Source: Eledone cirrhosa
Taxonomy: Eukaryota
DNA length: 64,000 bases
Assembly: GCA_964016885.1 (NCBI GenBank)
Contig: OZ024743.1
Location: forward strand, 326,864,001 to 326,928,000
Direction of reading: 5' to 3'
The notes beneath the pieces were generated by a model. It searched no databases, was not told where the DNA came from, and was given only the letters and a program-made list of their open reading frames with translations. Position 1 is the stretch's first letter. Each line of letters begins with the position of its first letter. Of this stretch, positions 22,815-38,400 are shown in pieces. The translations under genes were made by a program, and so were the position numbers.

Positions 22815-23183
22815 GAAAATAATCAAAAATTTGTAAGGATTCAGTAATATAGCTAACTTTCTTGTTATTAAGTTGGTGTTTGGAACACAACTTACATAAT
22901 ATTATGATGGAAGGTCTTTAGATAAATATAAACACTTCAACTATTTCATTACCATATTTCTAATGAAAGATACTGCCTATGGTTTTCAAATCATTTTGAG
23001 AATATTCATGAATTTGGAGGGATTTAGTAATATAACTTTCTCATTAAGCTAGTGTTTGAGACATAACTAAGGATTTTACATAAAATTATGATGGAAGGTT
23101 TTTAGAGGAATATAAACATTTTGAAAGCAAATAGCTTTATATCAAAACCTGATGCAGTTTCAAGAAGGTTAGTATCAAAAGGG
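22815..23183. mobile_element. TTAA-type MITE (19123 family, opposite orientation) with an internal partial duplication
   Basis: Ends ATCAAAAGGG|TTAA and shares TTACCATATTTCTAATGAAAGA with the 59496 copy. Confidence 0.65.
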
Positions 23184-23379
23184 TTAAAGATACATATTTC
23201 TCAGGTATATTATATGGAGCAAGAAACTTATCTTTAGTTTCGCTCAATCCCAATGTTGATTTAAGCAAGTTTAGACAAAGAGTCTTTTACCAATGACTTT
23301 TACATATGTACAAGTATTGTGTACACAGGTGATGGGAGTTGTGTTTCATGAAATTACAGTGTATTTTGGGTTCACCTCA

Positions 23380-23430
<51 letters not shown>

Positions 23431-23474
23431 TATCTATCTATCTCTCCTCTTCTATTTTTTCCATTTCCATTACA

Positions 23475-26400
23475 CATTATCATAGCCATTACCACCACCA
23501 CCACCAGCAGTATCATTATCATAGCCATTACCACCACCACCACCAGCAACATCATTATCATAGCCATTACCACCACCTCCACCAGCAACATCATTATCAT
23601 AGCCATTACCACCACCTCCACCAGCAACATCATTATCATAGCCATTACCACCACCTCCACCAGCAACATTATTATCATAGCCATTACCACCACCTCCACC
23701 AGCAACATTATTATCATAGCCATTACCACCGCCTCCACCAGCAACATCATTATCATAGCCATTACCACCACCTCCACCAGCAACATTATTATCATAGCCA
23801 TTACCACCACCACCACCACCAGCAACATCATTATCATAGCCATTACCACCACCTCCACCAGCAACATCATTATCATAGCCATTACCACCACCTCCACCAG
23901 CAGTATCATTATCATAGCCATTACCACCACCTCCACCAGCAACATCATTATCATAGCCATTACCACCACCACCACCAGTAACATCATTATCATAGCCATT
24001 ACCACCACCTCCACCAGCAACATCATTATCATAGCCATTACCACCACCTCCACCAGCAACATCATTATCATAGCTCTTACCACCACCTCCACCAGCAACA
24101 TCATTATCATAGCCATTACCACCACCACCACCAGCAACATCATTATCATAGCCATTACCACCACCTCCACCAGCAACATCATTATCATAGCCATTACCAC
24201 CACCTCCACCAGCAACAGCATTATCATAGCTCTTACCACCACCTCCACCAGCAACATCATTATCATAGCCATTACCACCACCACCACCAGCAACATCATT
24301 ATCATAGCCATTACCACCACCTCCACCAGCAACAGCATTATCATAGCCATTACCACCACCACCACCAGCAACATCATTATCATAGCCATTACCACCACCA
24401 CCACCAGTAACATCATTATCATAGCCATTACCACCACCTCCACCAGCAACATCATTATCATAGCCATTACCACCACCTCCACCAGCAACAGCATTATCAT
24501 AGCTCTTACCACCACCACCACCAGCAACATCATTATCATAGCCATTACCACCACCACCACCAGTAACATCATTATCATAGCCATTACCACCACCTCCACC
24601 AGCAACATCATTATCATAGCCATTACCACCACCTCCACCAGCAACAGCATTATCATAGCCATTACCACCACCTCCACCAGCAACATCATTATCATAGCTC
24701 TTACCACCACCACCACCAGCAACATCATTATCATAGCCATTACCACCACCACCACCAGCAACATCATTATCATAGCCATTACCACCACCACCACCAGCAA
24801 CATCATTATCATAGCCATTACCACCACCTCCACCAGCAACATCATTATCATAGCCATTACCACCACCTCCACCAGCAACATCATTATCATAGCCATTACC
24901 ACCACCTCCACCAGCAACATCATTATCATAGCCATTACCACCACCTCCACCAGCAACATCATTATCATAGCCATTACCACCACCTCCACCAGCAGTATCA
25001 TTATCATAGCTATTACCACCACCTCCACCAGCAACATCATTATCATAGCCATTACCACCACCTCCACCAGCAACATCATTATCATAGCCATTACCACCAC
25101 CTCCACTAGCAACATCATTATCATAGCCATTACCACCACCTCCACCAGCAGTATCATTATCATAGCCATTACCACCACCTCCACCAGCAACATCATTATC
25201 ATAGCCATTACCACCACCTCCACCAGCAACATCATTATCATAGCCATTACCACCACCTCCACCAGCAACAGCATTATCATAGCCATTACCACCACCACCA
25301 CCAGCAACATCATTATCATAGCCATTACCACCACCACCACCAGTAACATCATTATCATAGCCATTACCACCACCTCCACCAGCAACATCATTATCATAGC
25401 CATTACCACCACCTCCACCAGCAACAGCATTATCATAGCTCTTACCACCACCACCACCAGCAACATCATTATCATAGCCATTACCACCACCACCACCAGT
25501 AACATCATTATCATAGCCATTACCACCACCTCCACCAGCAACATCATTATCATAGCCATTACCACCACCTCCACCAGCAACAGCATTATCATAGCTCTTA
25601 CCACCACCACCACCAGCAACATCATTATCATAGCCATTACCACCACCTCCACCAGCAACATCATTATCATAGCTCTTACCACCACCACCACCAGCAACAT
25701 CATTATCATAGCCATTACCACCACCACCACCAGCAACATCATTATCATAGCCATTACAACCACCTCCACCAGCAACATCATTATCATAGCTCTTACCACC
25801 ACCACCACCAGCAACATCATTATCATAGCCATTACCACCACCTCCACCAGCAACATCATTATCATAGCCATTACCACCACCTCCACCAGCAACAGCATTA
25901 TCATAGCTCTTACCACCACCACCACCAGCAACATCATTATCATAGCCATTACCACCACCTCCACCAGCAACATCATTATCATAGCTCTTACCACCACCAC
26001 CACCAGCAACATCATTATCATAGCCATTACCACCACCACCACCAGCAACATCATTATCATAGCTCTTACCACCACCTCCACCAGCAACATCATTATCATA
26101 GCCATTACCACCACCTCCACCAGCAACATCATTATCATAGCCATTACCACCACCACCACCAGCAACATCATTATCATAGCCATTACCACCACCTCCACCA
26201 GCAACATCATTATCATAGCCATTACCACCACCTCCACCAGCAACATCATTATCATAGCCATTACCACCACCTCCACCAGCAACATCATTATCATAGCCAT
26301 TACCACCACCTCCACCAGCAACATCATTATCATAGCCATTACCACCACCTCCACCAGCAGTATCATTATCATAGCCATTACCACCACCTCCACCAGCAAC

Positions 26401-29400
26401 ATCATTATCATAGCCATTACCACCACCTCAACCAGCAACATCATTATCATAGCCATTACCACCACCTCCACCAGCAACATCATTATCATAGCCATTACCA
26501 CACCTCCACCAGCAGTATCATTATCATAGCTATTACCACCACCTCCACCAGCAACATCATTATCATAGCCATTACCACCACCTCCACCAGCAACATCATT
26601 ATCATAGCCATTACCACCACCTCCACCAGCAACATCATTATCATAGCTCTTACCACCACCACCACCACCAGCAACATCATTATCATAGCCATTACCACCA
26701 CCTCCACCAGCAACATCATTATCATAGCCATTACCACCACCTCCACCAGCAACATCATTATCATAGCTATTACCACCACCTCCACCAGCAACATCATTAT
26801 CATAGCCATTACCACCACCTCCACCAGCAACATCATTATCATAGCCATTACCACCACCTCCACCAGCAGTATCATTATCATAGCCATTACCACCACCTCC
26901 ACCAGCAGTATCATTATCATAGCCATTACCACCACCTCCACCAGCAACATCATTATCATAGCCATTACCACCACCTCCACCAGCAACATCATTATCATAG
27001 CTCTTTCCACCACCACCACCAGCAACATCATTATCATAGCCATTACCACCACCACCACCAGCAACATCATTATCATAGCCATTACAACCACCTCCACCAG
27101 CAACATCATTATCATAGCTCTTACCACCACCACCACCAGCAACATCATTATCATAGCCATTACAACCACCTCCACCAGCAACATCATTATCATAGCTCTT
27201 ACCACCACCACCATCAGCAACATCATTATCATAGCCATTACAACCACCTCCACCAGCAACATCATTATCATAGCTCTTTCCACCACCACCACCAGCAACA
27301 TCATTATCATAGCCATTACCACCACCTCCACCAGCAACATCATTATCATAGCCATTACCACCACCACCACCAGCAACATCATTATCATAGCCATTACCAC
27401 CACCTCCACCAGCAACATCATTATCATAGCCATTACCACCACCACCACCAGCAACATCATTATCATAGCCATTACCACCACCTCCACCAGCAACATCATT
27501 ATCATAGCCATTACCACCACCTCCACCAGCAACATCATTATCATAGCCATTACCACCACCTACACCAGCAACATCATTATCATAGCCATTACGACCACCT
27601 CCACCAGCAACATCATTATCATAGCTCTTACCACCACCACCACCACCAGCAACATCATTATCATAGCCATTACCACCACCTCCACCAGCAACATCATTAT
27701 CATAGCCATTACCACCACCTCCACCAGCAACATCATTATCATAGCTCTTACCACCACCTCCACTAGCAACATCATTATCATAGCCATTACCACCACCTCC
27801 ACCAGCAACATCATTATCATAGCCATTACCACCACCTCCACCAGCAACATCATTATCATAGCCATTACCACCACCTCCACCAGCAACATCATTATCATAG
27901 CCATTACCACCACCTCCACCAGCAACATCATTATCATAGCTCTTACCACCACCACCACCACCAGCAACATCATTATCATAGCCATTACCACCACCTACAC
28001 CAGCAACATCATTATCATAGCCATTACCACCACCTCCACCAGCAACATCATTATCATAGCTCTTACCACCACCTCCACCAGCAACATCATTATCATAGCC
28101 ATTACCACCACCTCCACCAGCAACATCACTATCATAGCCATTACCACCACCACCACCAGCAACAACATTATCATAGCCATTACCACCACCTCCACCAGCA
28201 ACATCATTATCATAGCTCTTACCACCACCACCACCAGCAACATCATTATCATAGCCATTACCACCACCTCCACCAGCAACATCATTATCATAGCTCTTAC
28301 CACCACCTCCACCAGCAACATCATTATCATAGCCATTACCACCACCTCCACCAGCAACATCATTAACATAGCCATTACCACCACCTCCACCAGCAACATC
28401 ATTATCATAGCTCTTACCACCACCACCACCACCAGCAACATCATTATCATAGCCATTACCACCACCTCCACCAGCAACATCATTATCATAGCTCTTACCA
28501 CCACCTCCACCAGCAACATCATTATCATAGCCATTACCACCACCTCCACCAGCAACATCATTATCATAGCCATTACCACCACCTCCACCAGCAACATCAT
28601 TAACATAGCCATTACCACCACCTCCACCAGCAACATCATTATCATAGCTCTTACCACCACCTCCACCAGCAGTATCATTATCATAGCCATTACCACCACC
28701 TCCACCAGCAACATCATTATCATAGCCATTACCACCACCTCCACCAGCAACATCATTATCATAGCTCTTACCACCACCTCCACCAGCAACATCATTATCA
28801 TAGCCATTACCACCACCTCCACCAGCAACAGCATTATCATAGCTCTTACCACCACCACCACCAGCAACATCATTATCATAGCCATTACCACCACCTCCAC
28901 CAGCAACATCATTATCATAGCTCTTACCACCACCTCCACCAGCAACATCATTATCATAGCCATTACCACCACCTCCACGAGCAACATCATTATCATAGCT
29001 CTTACCACCACCACCAACAGCAACATCATTATCATAGCCATTACCACCACCTCCACCAGCAACATCATTATCATAGCTCTTACCACCACCTCCACCAGCA
29101 ACATCATTATCATAGCCATTACCACCACCTCCACCAGCAACAGCATTATCATAGCTCTTACCACCACCACCACCAGCAACATCATTATCATAGCCATTAC
29201 CACCACCTCCACCAGCAACATCATTATCATAGCTCTTACCACCACCTCCACCAGCAACATCATTATCATAGCCATTACCACCACCTCCACGAGCAACATC
29301 ATTATCATAGCTCTTACCACCACCACCAACAGCAACATCATTATCATAGCCATTACCACCACCACCACCAGCAACATCATTATCATAGCCATTACCACCA

Positions 29401-32400
29401 CCTCCACCAGCAACATCATTAACATAGCCATTGCCACCACCTCCACCAGCAACATCATTATCATAGCTCTTACCACCACCACCACCAGCAACATCATTAT
29501 CATAGCCATTACCACCACCTCCACCAGCAACATCATTATCATAGCTCTTACCACCACCACCACCAGCAACATCATTATCATAGCCATTACCACCACCTCC
29601 ACCAGCAACATCATTATCATAGCCATTACCACCACCACCACCAGCAACATCATTATCATAGCCATTACCACCACCTCCACCAGCAACATCATTATCATAG
29701 CCATTACCACCACCTCCACCAGCAACATCATTATCATAGCTCTTACCACCACCACCACCAGCAACATCATTATCATAGCCATTAACACCACCTCCACCAG
29801 CAACATCATTATCATAGCTCTTACCACCACCACCACCAGCAACATCATTATCATAGCCATTACCACCACCACCACCAGCAACATCATTATCATAGCCATT
29901 ACCACCACCACCACCAGCAACATCATTATCATAGCCATTACCACCACCTCCACCAGCAACATCATTATCATAGCCATTACCACCACCTCCACCAGCAACA
30001 TCATTATCATAGCCATTACCACCACCTCCACCAGCAACATCATTATCATAGCTCTTACCACCACCTCCACCAGCAACATCATTATCATAGCCATTACCAC
30101 CACCTCCACCAGCAACATCATTATCATAGCTCTTACCACCACCACCACCAGCAACATCATTATCATAGCCATTACCACCACCTCCACCAGCAACATCATT
30201 ATCATAGCCATTACCACCACCACCACCAGCAACATCATTATCATAGCTCTTACCACCACCACCACCAGCAACATCATTATCATAGCTCTTACCACCACCA
30301 CCACCAGCAACATCATTATCATAGCCATTACCACCACCTCCACCAGCAACATCATTATCATAGCTCTTACCACCACCACCACCACCAGCAACATCATTAT
30401 CATAGCCATTACCACCACCTCCACCAGTAACATCATTATCATAGCCATTACCACCACCACCACCAGCAACATCATTATCATAGCTCTTACCACCACCACC
30501 ACCAGCAACATCATTATCATAGCTCTTACCACCACCACCACCAGCAACATCATTATCATAGCCATTACCACCACCACCACCAGCAACATCATTATCATAG
30601 CTCTTACCACCACCACCACCAGCAACATCATTATCATAGCCATTACCACCACCACCACCAGCAACATCATTAACATAGCCATTGCCACCACCTCCACCAG
30701 CAACATCATTATCATAGCTCTTACCACCACCTCCACCAGCAACATCATTATCATAGCCATTACCACCACCTCCACCAGCAACATCATTATCATAGCCATT
30801 ACCACCACCTCCACCAGCAACATCATTATCATAGCTATTACCACCACCTCACCAGCAGTATCATTATCATAGCCATTACCACCACCTCCACCAACGGTGT
30901 CATTATCATAGCCATTACCACCACCTCCACCAGCAACATCATTATCATAGCCATTACCACCAACTCCACCAGCAACATCATTATCATAGCCATTACCACC
31001 ACCTCCACCAGCAACATCATTATCATAGCTCTTACCACCACCACCACCAGCAACATCATTATCATAGCCATTACCACCACCACCACCAGCAACATCATTA
31101 TCATAGCTCTTACCACCACCACCACCAGCAACATCATTATCATAGCCATTACCACCACCTCCACCAGCAACATCATTATCATAGCCATTACCACCACCTC
31201 CACCAGCAACATCATTATCATAGCTCTTACCACCACCACCACCAGCAACATCATTATCATAGCCATTACCACCACCACCACCAGCAACATCATTATCATA
31301 GCTCTTACCACCACCACCACCAGCAACATCATTATCATAGCCATTACCACCACCACCACCAGCAACATCATTATCATAGCTCTTACCACCACCACCACCA
31401 GCAACATCATTATCATAGCCATTACCACCACCACCACCAGCAACATCATTATCATAGCCATTACCACCACCTCCACCAGCAACATCATTATCATAGCCAT
31501 TACCACCACCACCACCAGCAACATCATTATCATAGCCATTACCACCACCACCACCAGCAACATCATTATCATAGCTCTTACCACCACCACCACCAGCAAC
31601 ATCATTATCAATAGCCATTACCACCACCACCACCAGCAACATTCATTATCATAGCCATTACCACCACCACCACAGCAACCTCATTATCATAGCTCTTACC
31701 ACCACCACCACCAGCAACATCATTATCATAGCCATTACCACCACCACCACCAGCAACATCATTATCATAGCTCTTACCACCACCACCACCAGCAACATCA
31801 TTATCATAGCCATTACCACCACCACCACCACCAGCAACATCATTATCATAGCCATTACCACCACCACCACCAGCAACATCATTATCATAGCTCTTACCAC
31901 CACCACCACCAGCAACATCATTATCATAGCCATTACCACCACCACCACCAGCAACATCATTATCATAGCTCTTACCACCACACCACAGCAACATCATTAT
32001 CATAGCCATTACCACCACCACCACCAGCAACATCATTATCATAGCCATTACCACCACCACCACCAGCAACATCATTATCATAGCTCTTACCACCACCACC
32101 ACCAGCAACATCATTATCATAGCCACTTACCACCACCACCACCAGCAACATCATTATCATAGCCATTACCACCACCACCACCAGCAACATCATTATCATA
32201 GCTCTTACCACCACCACCACCAGCAACATCATTATCATAGCCATTACCACCACCACCACCAGCAACATCATTATCATAGCTCTTACCACCACCACCACCA
32301 GCAACATCATTATCATAGCCATTACCACCACCTCCACCAGCAACATCATTATCATAGCCATTACCACCACCTCCGCCAGCAACATCATTATCATAGCCAT

Positions 32401-35400
32401 TACCACCACCACCACCAGCAACATCATTATCATAGCCATTACCACCACCACCACCAGCAACATCATTATCATAGCTCTTACCACCACCACCACCAGCAAC
32501 ATCATTATCATAGCCATTACCACCACCTCCACCAGCAACATCATTATCATAGCCATTACCACCACCACCACCAGCAACATCATTATCATAGCCATTACCA
32601 ACCACCTCCACCAGCAACATCATTATCATAGCCATTACTATCACCTCCACCAGCAACATCATTATCATAGCCATTACCACCACCACCACCAGCAACATCA
32701 TTATCATAGCCATTACCACCACCTCCACCAGCAACATCATTATCATAGCCATTACCCACCAACCTCCATCAGCAACATCATTATCATAGCCATTACCCAC
32801 CACCTCCACCAGCAACATCATTATCATAGCCATTACCACCACCTCCACCAGCAACATCATTATCATAGCCATTACCACCACCACCACCAGCAACATCATT
32901 ATCATAGCCATTACCACCACCTCCGCCAGCAACATCATTATCATAGCCATTACCACCACCACCACCAGCAACATCATTATCATAGCCATTACCACCACCA
33001 CCACCAGCAACATCATTATCATAGCTCTTACCACCACCACCACCAGCAACATCATTATCATAGCCATTACCACCACCTCCACCAGCAACATCATTATCAT
33101 AGCCATTACCACCACCACCACCAGCAACATCATTATCATAGCCATTACCACCACCTCCACCAGCAACATCATTATCATAGCCATTACTATCACCTCCACC
33201 AGCAACATCATTATCATAGCCATTACCACCACCACCACCAGCAACATCATTATCATAGCCATCTTACCACCACCTCCACCAGCAACATCATTATCATAGC
33301 CATTACCACCACCTCCACCAGCAACATCATTATCATAGCCATACCACCAACCTCCACCAGCAACATCATTATCATAGCCATTACCACCACCACCACCAGC
33401 AACATCATTATCATAGCCATTACCACCACCTCCACCAGCAACATCATTATCATAGCCATTACCACCACCACCACCAGCAGAATCATTATCATAGCCATTA
33501 CCACCACCTCCACCAGCAGTCATCATTATCATAGCCATTACCACCACCTCCACCAGCAACATCATTATCATAGCCATTACCACCACCTCCACCAGCAACA
33601 TCATTATCATAGCCATTACCACCACCTCCACCAGCAACATCATTATCATAGCCATTACCACCACCTCCACCAGCAACATCATTATCATAGCCATTACCAC
33701 CACCTCCACCAGCAACATCATTATCATAGCCATTACCACCACCTCCACCAGCAACATCATTATCATAGCCATTACCACCACCTCCACCAGCAACATCATT
33801 ATCATAGCCATTACCACCACCTCCACCAGCAACATCATTATCATAGCCATTACCACCACCTCCACCAGCAACATCATTATCATAGCCATTACCACCACCT
33901 CCACCAGCAACATCATTATCATAGCCATTACCACCACCTCCACCAGCAACATCATTATCATAGCCATTACCACCACCTCCACCAGCAACATCATTATCAT
34001 AGCCATTACCACCACCTCCACCAGCAACATCATTATCATAGCCATTACCACCACCTCCACCAGCAGTCATCATTATCATAGCCATTACCACCACCACCAC
34101 CAGCAACATCATTATCATAGCCATTACCACCACCTCCACCAGCAACATCATTATCATAGCCATTACCACCACCTCCACCAGCAACATCATTATCATAGCC
34201 ATTACCACCACCTCCACCAGCAGTAATCATTATCATAGCCATTACCACCACCACCACCAGCAACATCATTATCATAGCCATTACCACCACCTCCACCAGC
34301 AACATCATTATCATAGCCATTACCACCACCTCCACCAGCAACATCATTATCATAGCCATTACCACCACCTCCACCAGCAACATCATTATCATAGCCATTA
34401 CCACCACCTCCACCAGCAACATCATTATCATAGCCATTACCACCACCTCCACCAGCAGTATCATTATCATAGCCATTACCACCACCTCCACCAGCAACAT
34501 CATTATCATAGCCATTACCACCACCTCCACCAGCAGTATCATTATCATAGCCATTACCACCACCTCCACCAGCAACATCATTATCATAGCCATTACCACC
34601 ACCTCCACCAGCAACATCATTATCATAGCCATTACCACCACCTCCACCAGCAACATCATTATCATAGCCATTACCACCACCTCCACCAGCAACATCATTA
34701 TCATAGCCATTACCACCACCTCCACCAGCAACATCATTATCATAGCCATTACCACCACCTCCACCAGCAACATCATTATCATAGCCATTACCACCACCTC
34801 CACCAGCAGACATCATTATCATAGCCATTACCACCACCACCACCAGCAACATCATTATCATAGCCATTACCACCACCTCCACCAGCAACATCATTATCAT
34901 AGCCATTACCACCACCTCCACCAGCAACATCATTATCATAGCCATTACCACCACCTCCACCAGCAACATCATTATCATAGCCATTACCACCACCTCCACC
35001 AGCAGTATCATTATCATAGCCATTACCACCACCACCACCAGCAACATCATTATCATAGCCATTACCACCACCTCCACCAGCAACATCATTATCATAGCCA
35101 TTACCACCACCACCACCAGCAACATCATTATCATAGCCATTACCACCACCACCACCAGCAACATCATTATCATAGCCATTACCACCACCTCCACCAGCAA
35201 CATCATTATCATAGCCATTACCACCACCTCCACCAGCAGTATCATTATCATAGCCATTACCACCACCTCCACCAGCAACATCATTATCATAGCTATTACC
35301 ACCACCTCCACCAGCAACATCATTATCATAGCCATTACCACCACCTCCACCAGCAGTATCATTATCATAGCCATTACCACCACCTCCAACAGCAACATCA

Positions 35401-38400
35401 TTATCATAGCCATTACCACCACCTCCACCAGCAACATCATTATCATAGCCATTACCACCACCTCCACCAGCAACATCATTATCATAGCCATTACCACCAC
35501 CTCCACCAGCAACATCATTATCATAGCATTACCACCACCTCCACCAGCAACATCATTATCATAGCCATTACCACCACCTCCACCAGCAGTATCATTATCA
35601 TAGCCATTACCACCACCTCCACCAGCAACATCATTATCATAGCTATTACCACCACCTCCACCAGCAACATCATTATCATAGCCATTACCACCACCTCCAC
35701 CAGCAGTATCATTATCATAGCCATTACCACCACCTCCACCAGCAACATCATTATCATAGCCATTACCACCCACCTCCACCAGCAACATCATTATCATAGC
35801 CATTACCACCACCTCCACCAGCAACATCATTATCATAGCCATTACCACCACCTCCACCAGCAGTATCATTATCATAGCCATTACCACCACCTCCACCAGC
35901 AACATCATTATCATAGCCATTACCACCACCTCCACCAGCAACATCATTATCATAGCCATTACCACCACCTCCACCAGCAACATCATTATCATAGCCATTA
36001 CCACCACCTCCACCAGCAGTATCATTATCATAGCCATTACCACCACCTCCACCAGCAACATCATTATCATAGCCATTACCACCACCTCCACCAGCAACAT
36101 CATTATCATAGCCATTACCACCACCTCCACCAGCAACATCATTATCATAGCCATTACCACCACCTCCACCAGCAACATCATTATCATAGCCATTACCACC
36201 ACCTCCACCAGCAACATCATTATCATAGCCATTACCACCACCTCCACCAGCAACATCATTATCATAGCCATTACCACCACCTCCACCAGCAGTATCATTA
36301 TCATAGCCATTACCACCACCTCCACCAGCAACATCATTATCATAGCTATTACCACCACCTCCACCAGCAACATCATTATCATAGCCATTACCACCACCTC
36401 CACCAGCAGTATCATTATCATAGCCATTACCACCACCTCCACCAGCAACATCATTATCATAGCCATTACCACCACCTCCACCAGCAGTATCATTATCATA
36501 GCCATTACCACCACCTCCACCAGCAACATCATTATCATAGCCATTACCACCACCTCCACCAGCAACATCATTATCATAGCCATTACCACCACCTCCACCA
36601 GCAACATCATTATCATAGCCATTACCACCACCTCCACCAGCAGTATCATTATCATAGCCATTACCACCACCTCCACCAGCAACATCATTATCATAGCCAT
36701 TACCACCACCTCCACCAGCAACATCATTATCATAGCTATTACCACCACCTCCACCAGCAACATCATTATCATAGCCATTACCACCACCTCCACCAGCAAC
36801 ATCATTATCATAGCTCTTACCACCACCTCCACCAGCAACATCATTATCATAGCTATTACCACCACCTCCACCAGCAACATCATTATCATAGCCATTACCA
36901 CCACCTCCACCAGCAGTATCATTATCATAGCCATTACCACCACCTCCACCAGCAACATCATTATCATAGCCATTACCACCACCTCCACCAGCAACATCAT
37001 TATCATAGCCATTACCACCACCTCCACCAGCAACATCATTATCATAGCCATTACCACCACCTCCACCAGCAACATCATTATCATAGCCATTACCCACCAC
37101 CTCCACCAGCAGAATCATTATCATAGCCATTACCACCACCTCCACCAGCAACATCATTATCATAGCCATTACCACCACCTCCACCAGCAACATCATTATC
37201 ATAGCTATTACCACCACCTCCACCAGCAACATCATTATCATAGCCATTACCACCACCTCCACCAGCAACATCATTATCATAGCTCTTACCAACCACCTCC
37301 ACCAGCAACATCATTATCATAGCTATTACCACCACCTCCACCAGCAACATCATTATCATAGCCATTACCACCCAACCTCCACCAGCAGTATCATTATCAT
37401 AGCCATTACCACCACCTCCACCAGCAACATCATTATCATAGCCATTACCACCACCTCCACCAGCAACATCATTATCATAGCCATTACCACCACCTCCACC
37501 AGCAACATCATTATCATAGCCATTACCACCACCTCCACCAGCAGTATCATTATCAAGCCAATTACCACCACCTCCACCAGCAGTAATCATTATCATAGCC
37601 ATTACCACCACCTCCACCAGCAGTATCATTATCATAGCCATTACCACCACCTCCACCAGCAACATCATTATCATAGCCATTACCACCACCACCACCAGCA
37701 ACATCATTATCATAGCCATTACCACCACCTCCACCAGCAACATCATTATCTAGCCATTACCACCACCTCCACCAGCAACATCATTATCATAGCCATTACC
37801 ACCACCCACCACCAGCAACATCATTATCATAGCTCTTACACCACCACCACCACCAGCAACATCATTATCATAGCCATTACCACCACCTCCACCAGCAACA
37901 TCATTATCATAGCCATTACCACCACCTCCACCAGCAACATCATTATCATAGCTCTTACCACCACCACCACCACCAGCAACATCATTATCATAGCCATTAC
38001 CACACCACCACCACCAGCAACATCATTATCATAGCCATTACCACCACCACCACCACCAGCAGTATCATTATCATAGCCATTACCACCACCACCACCACCA
38101 GCAACATCATTATCATAGCCATTACCACCACCACCACCAGCAGTATCATTATCATAGCTATTACCACCACCTCCACCAGCAACATCATTATCATAGCCAT
38201 TACCACCACCTCCACCAGCAACATCATTATCATAGCTATTACCACCACCTCCACCAGCAACATCATTATCATAGCCATTACCACCACCTCCACCAGCAAC
38301 ATCATTATCATAGCCATTACCACCAACCACCACCACCAGCAGCATCATTATCATAAGCCATTACCACCACCACCACCAGCAACATCATTATCATAGCCAT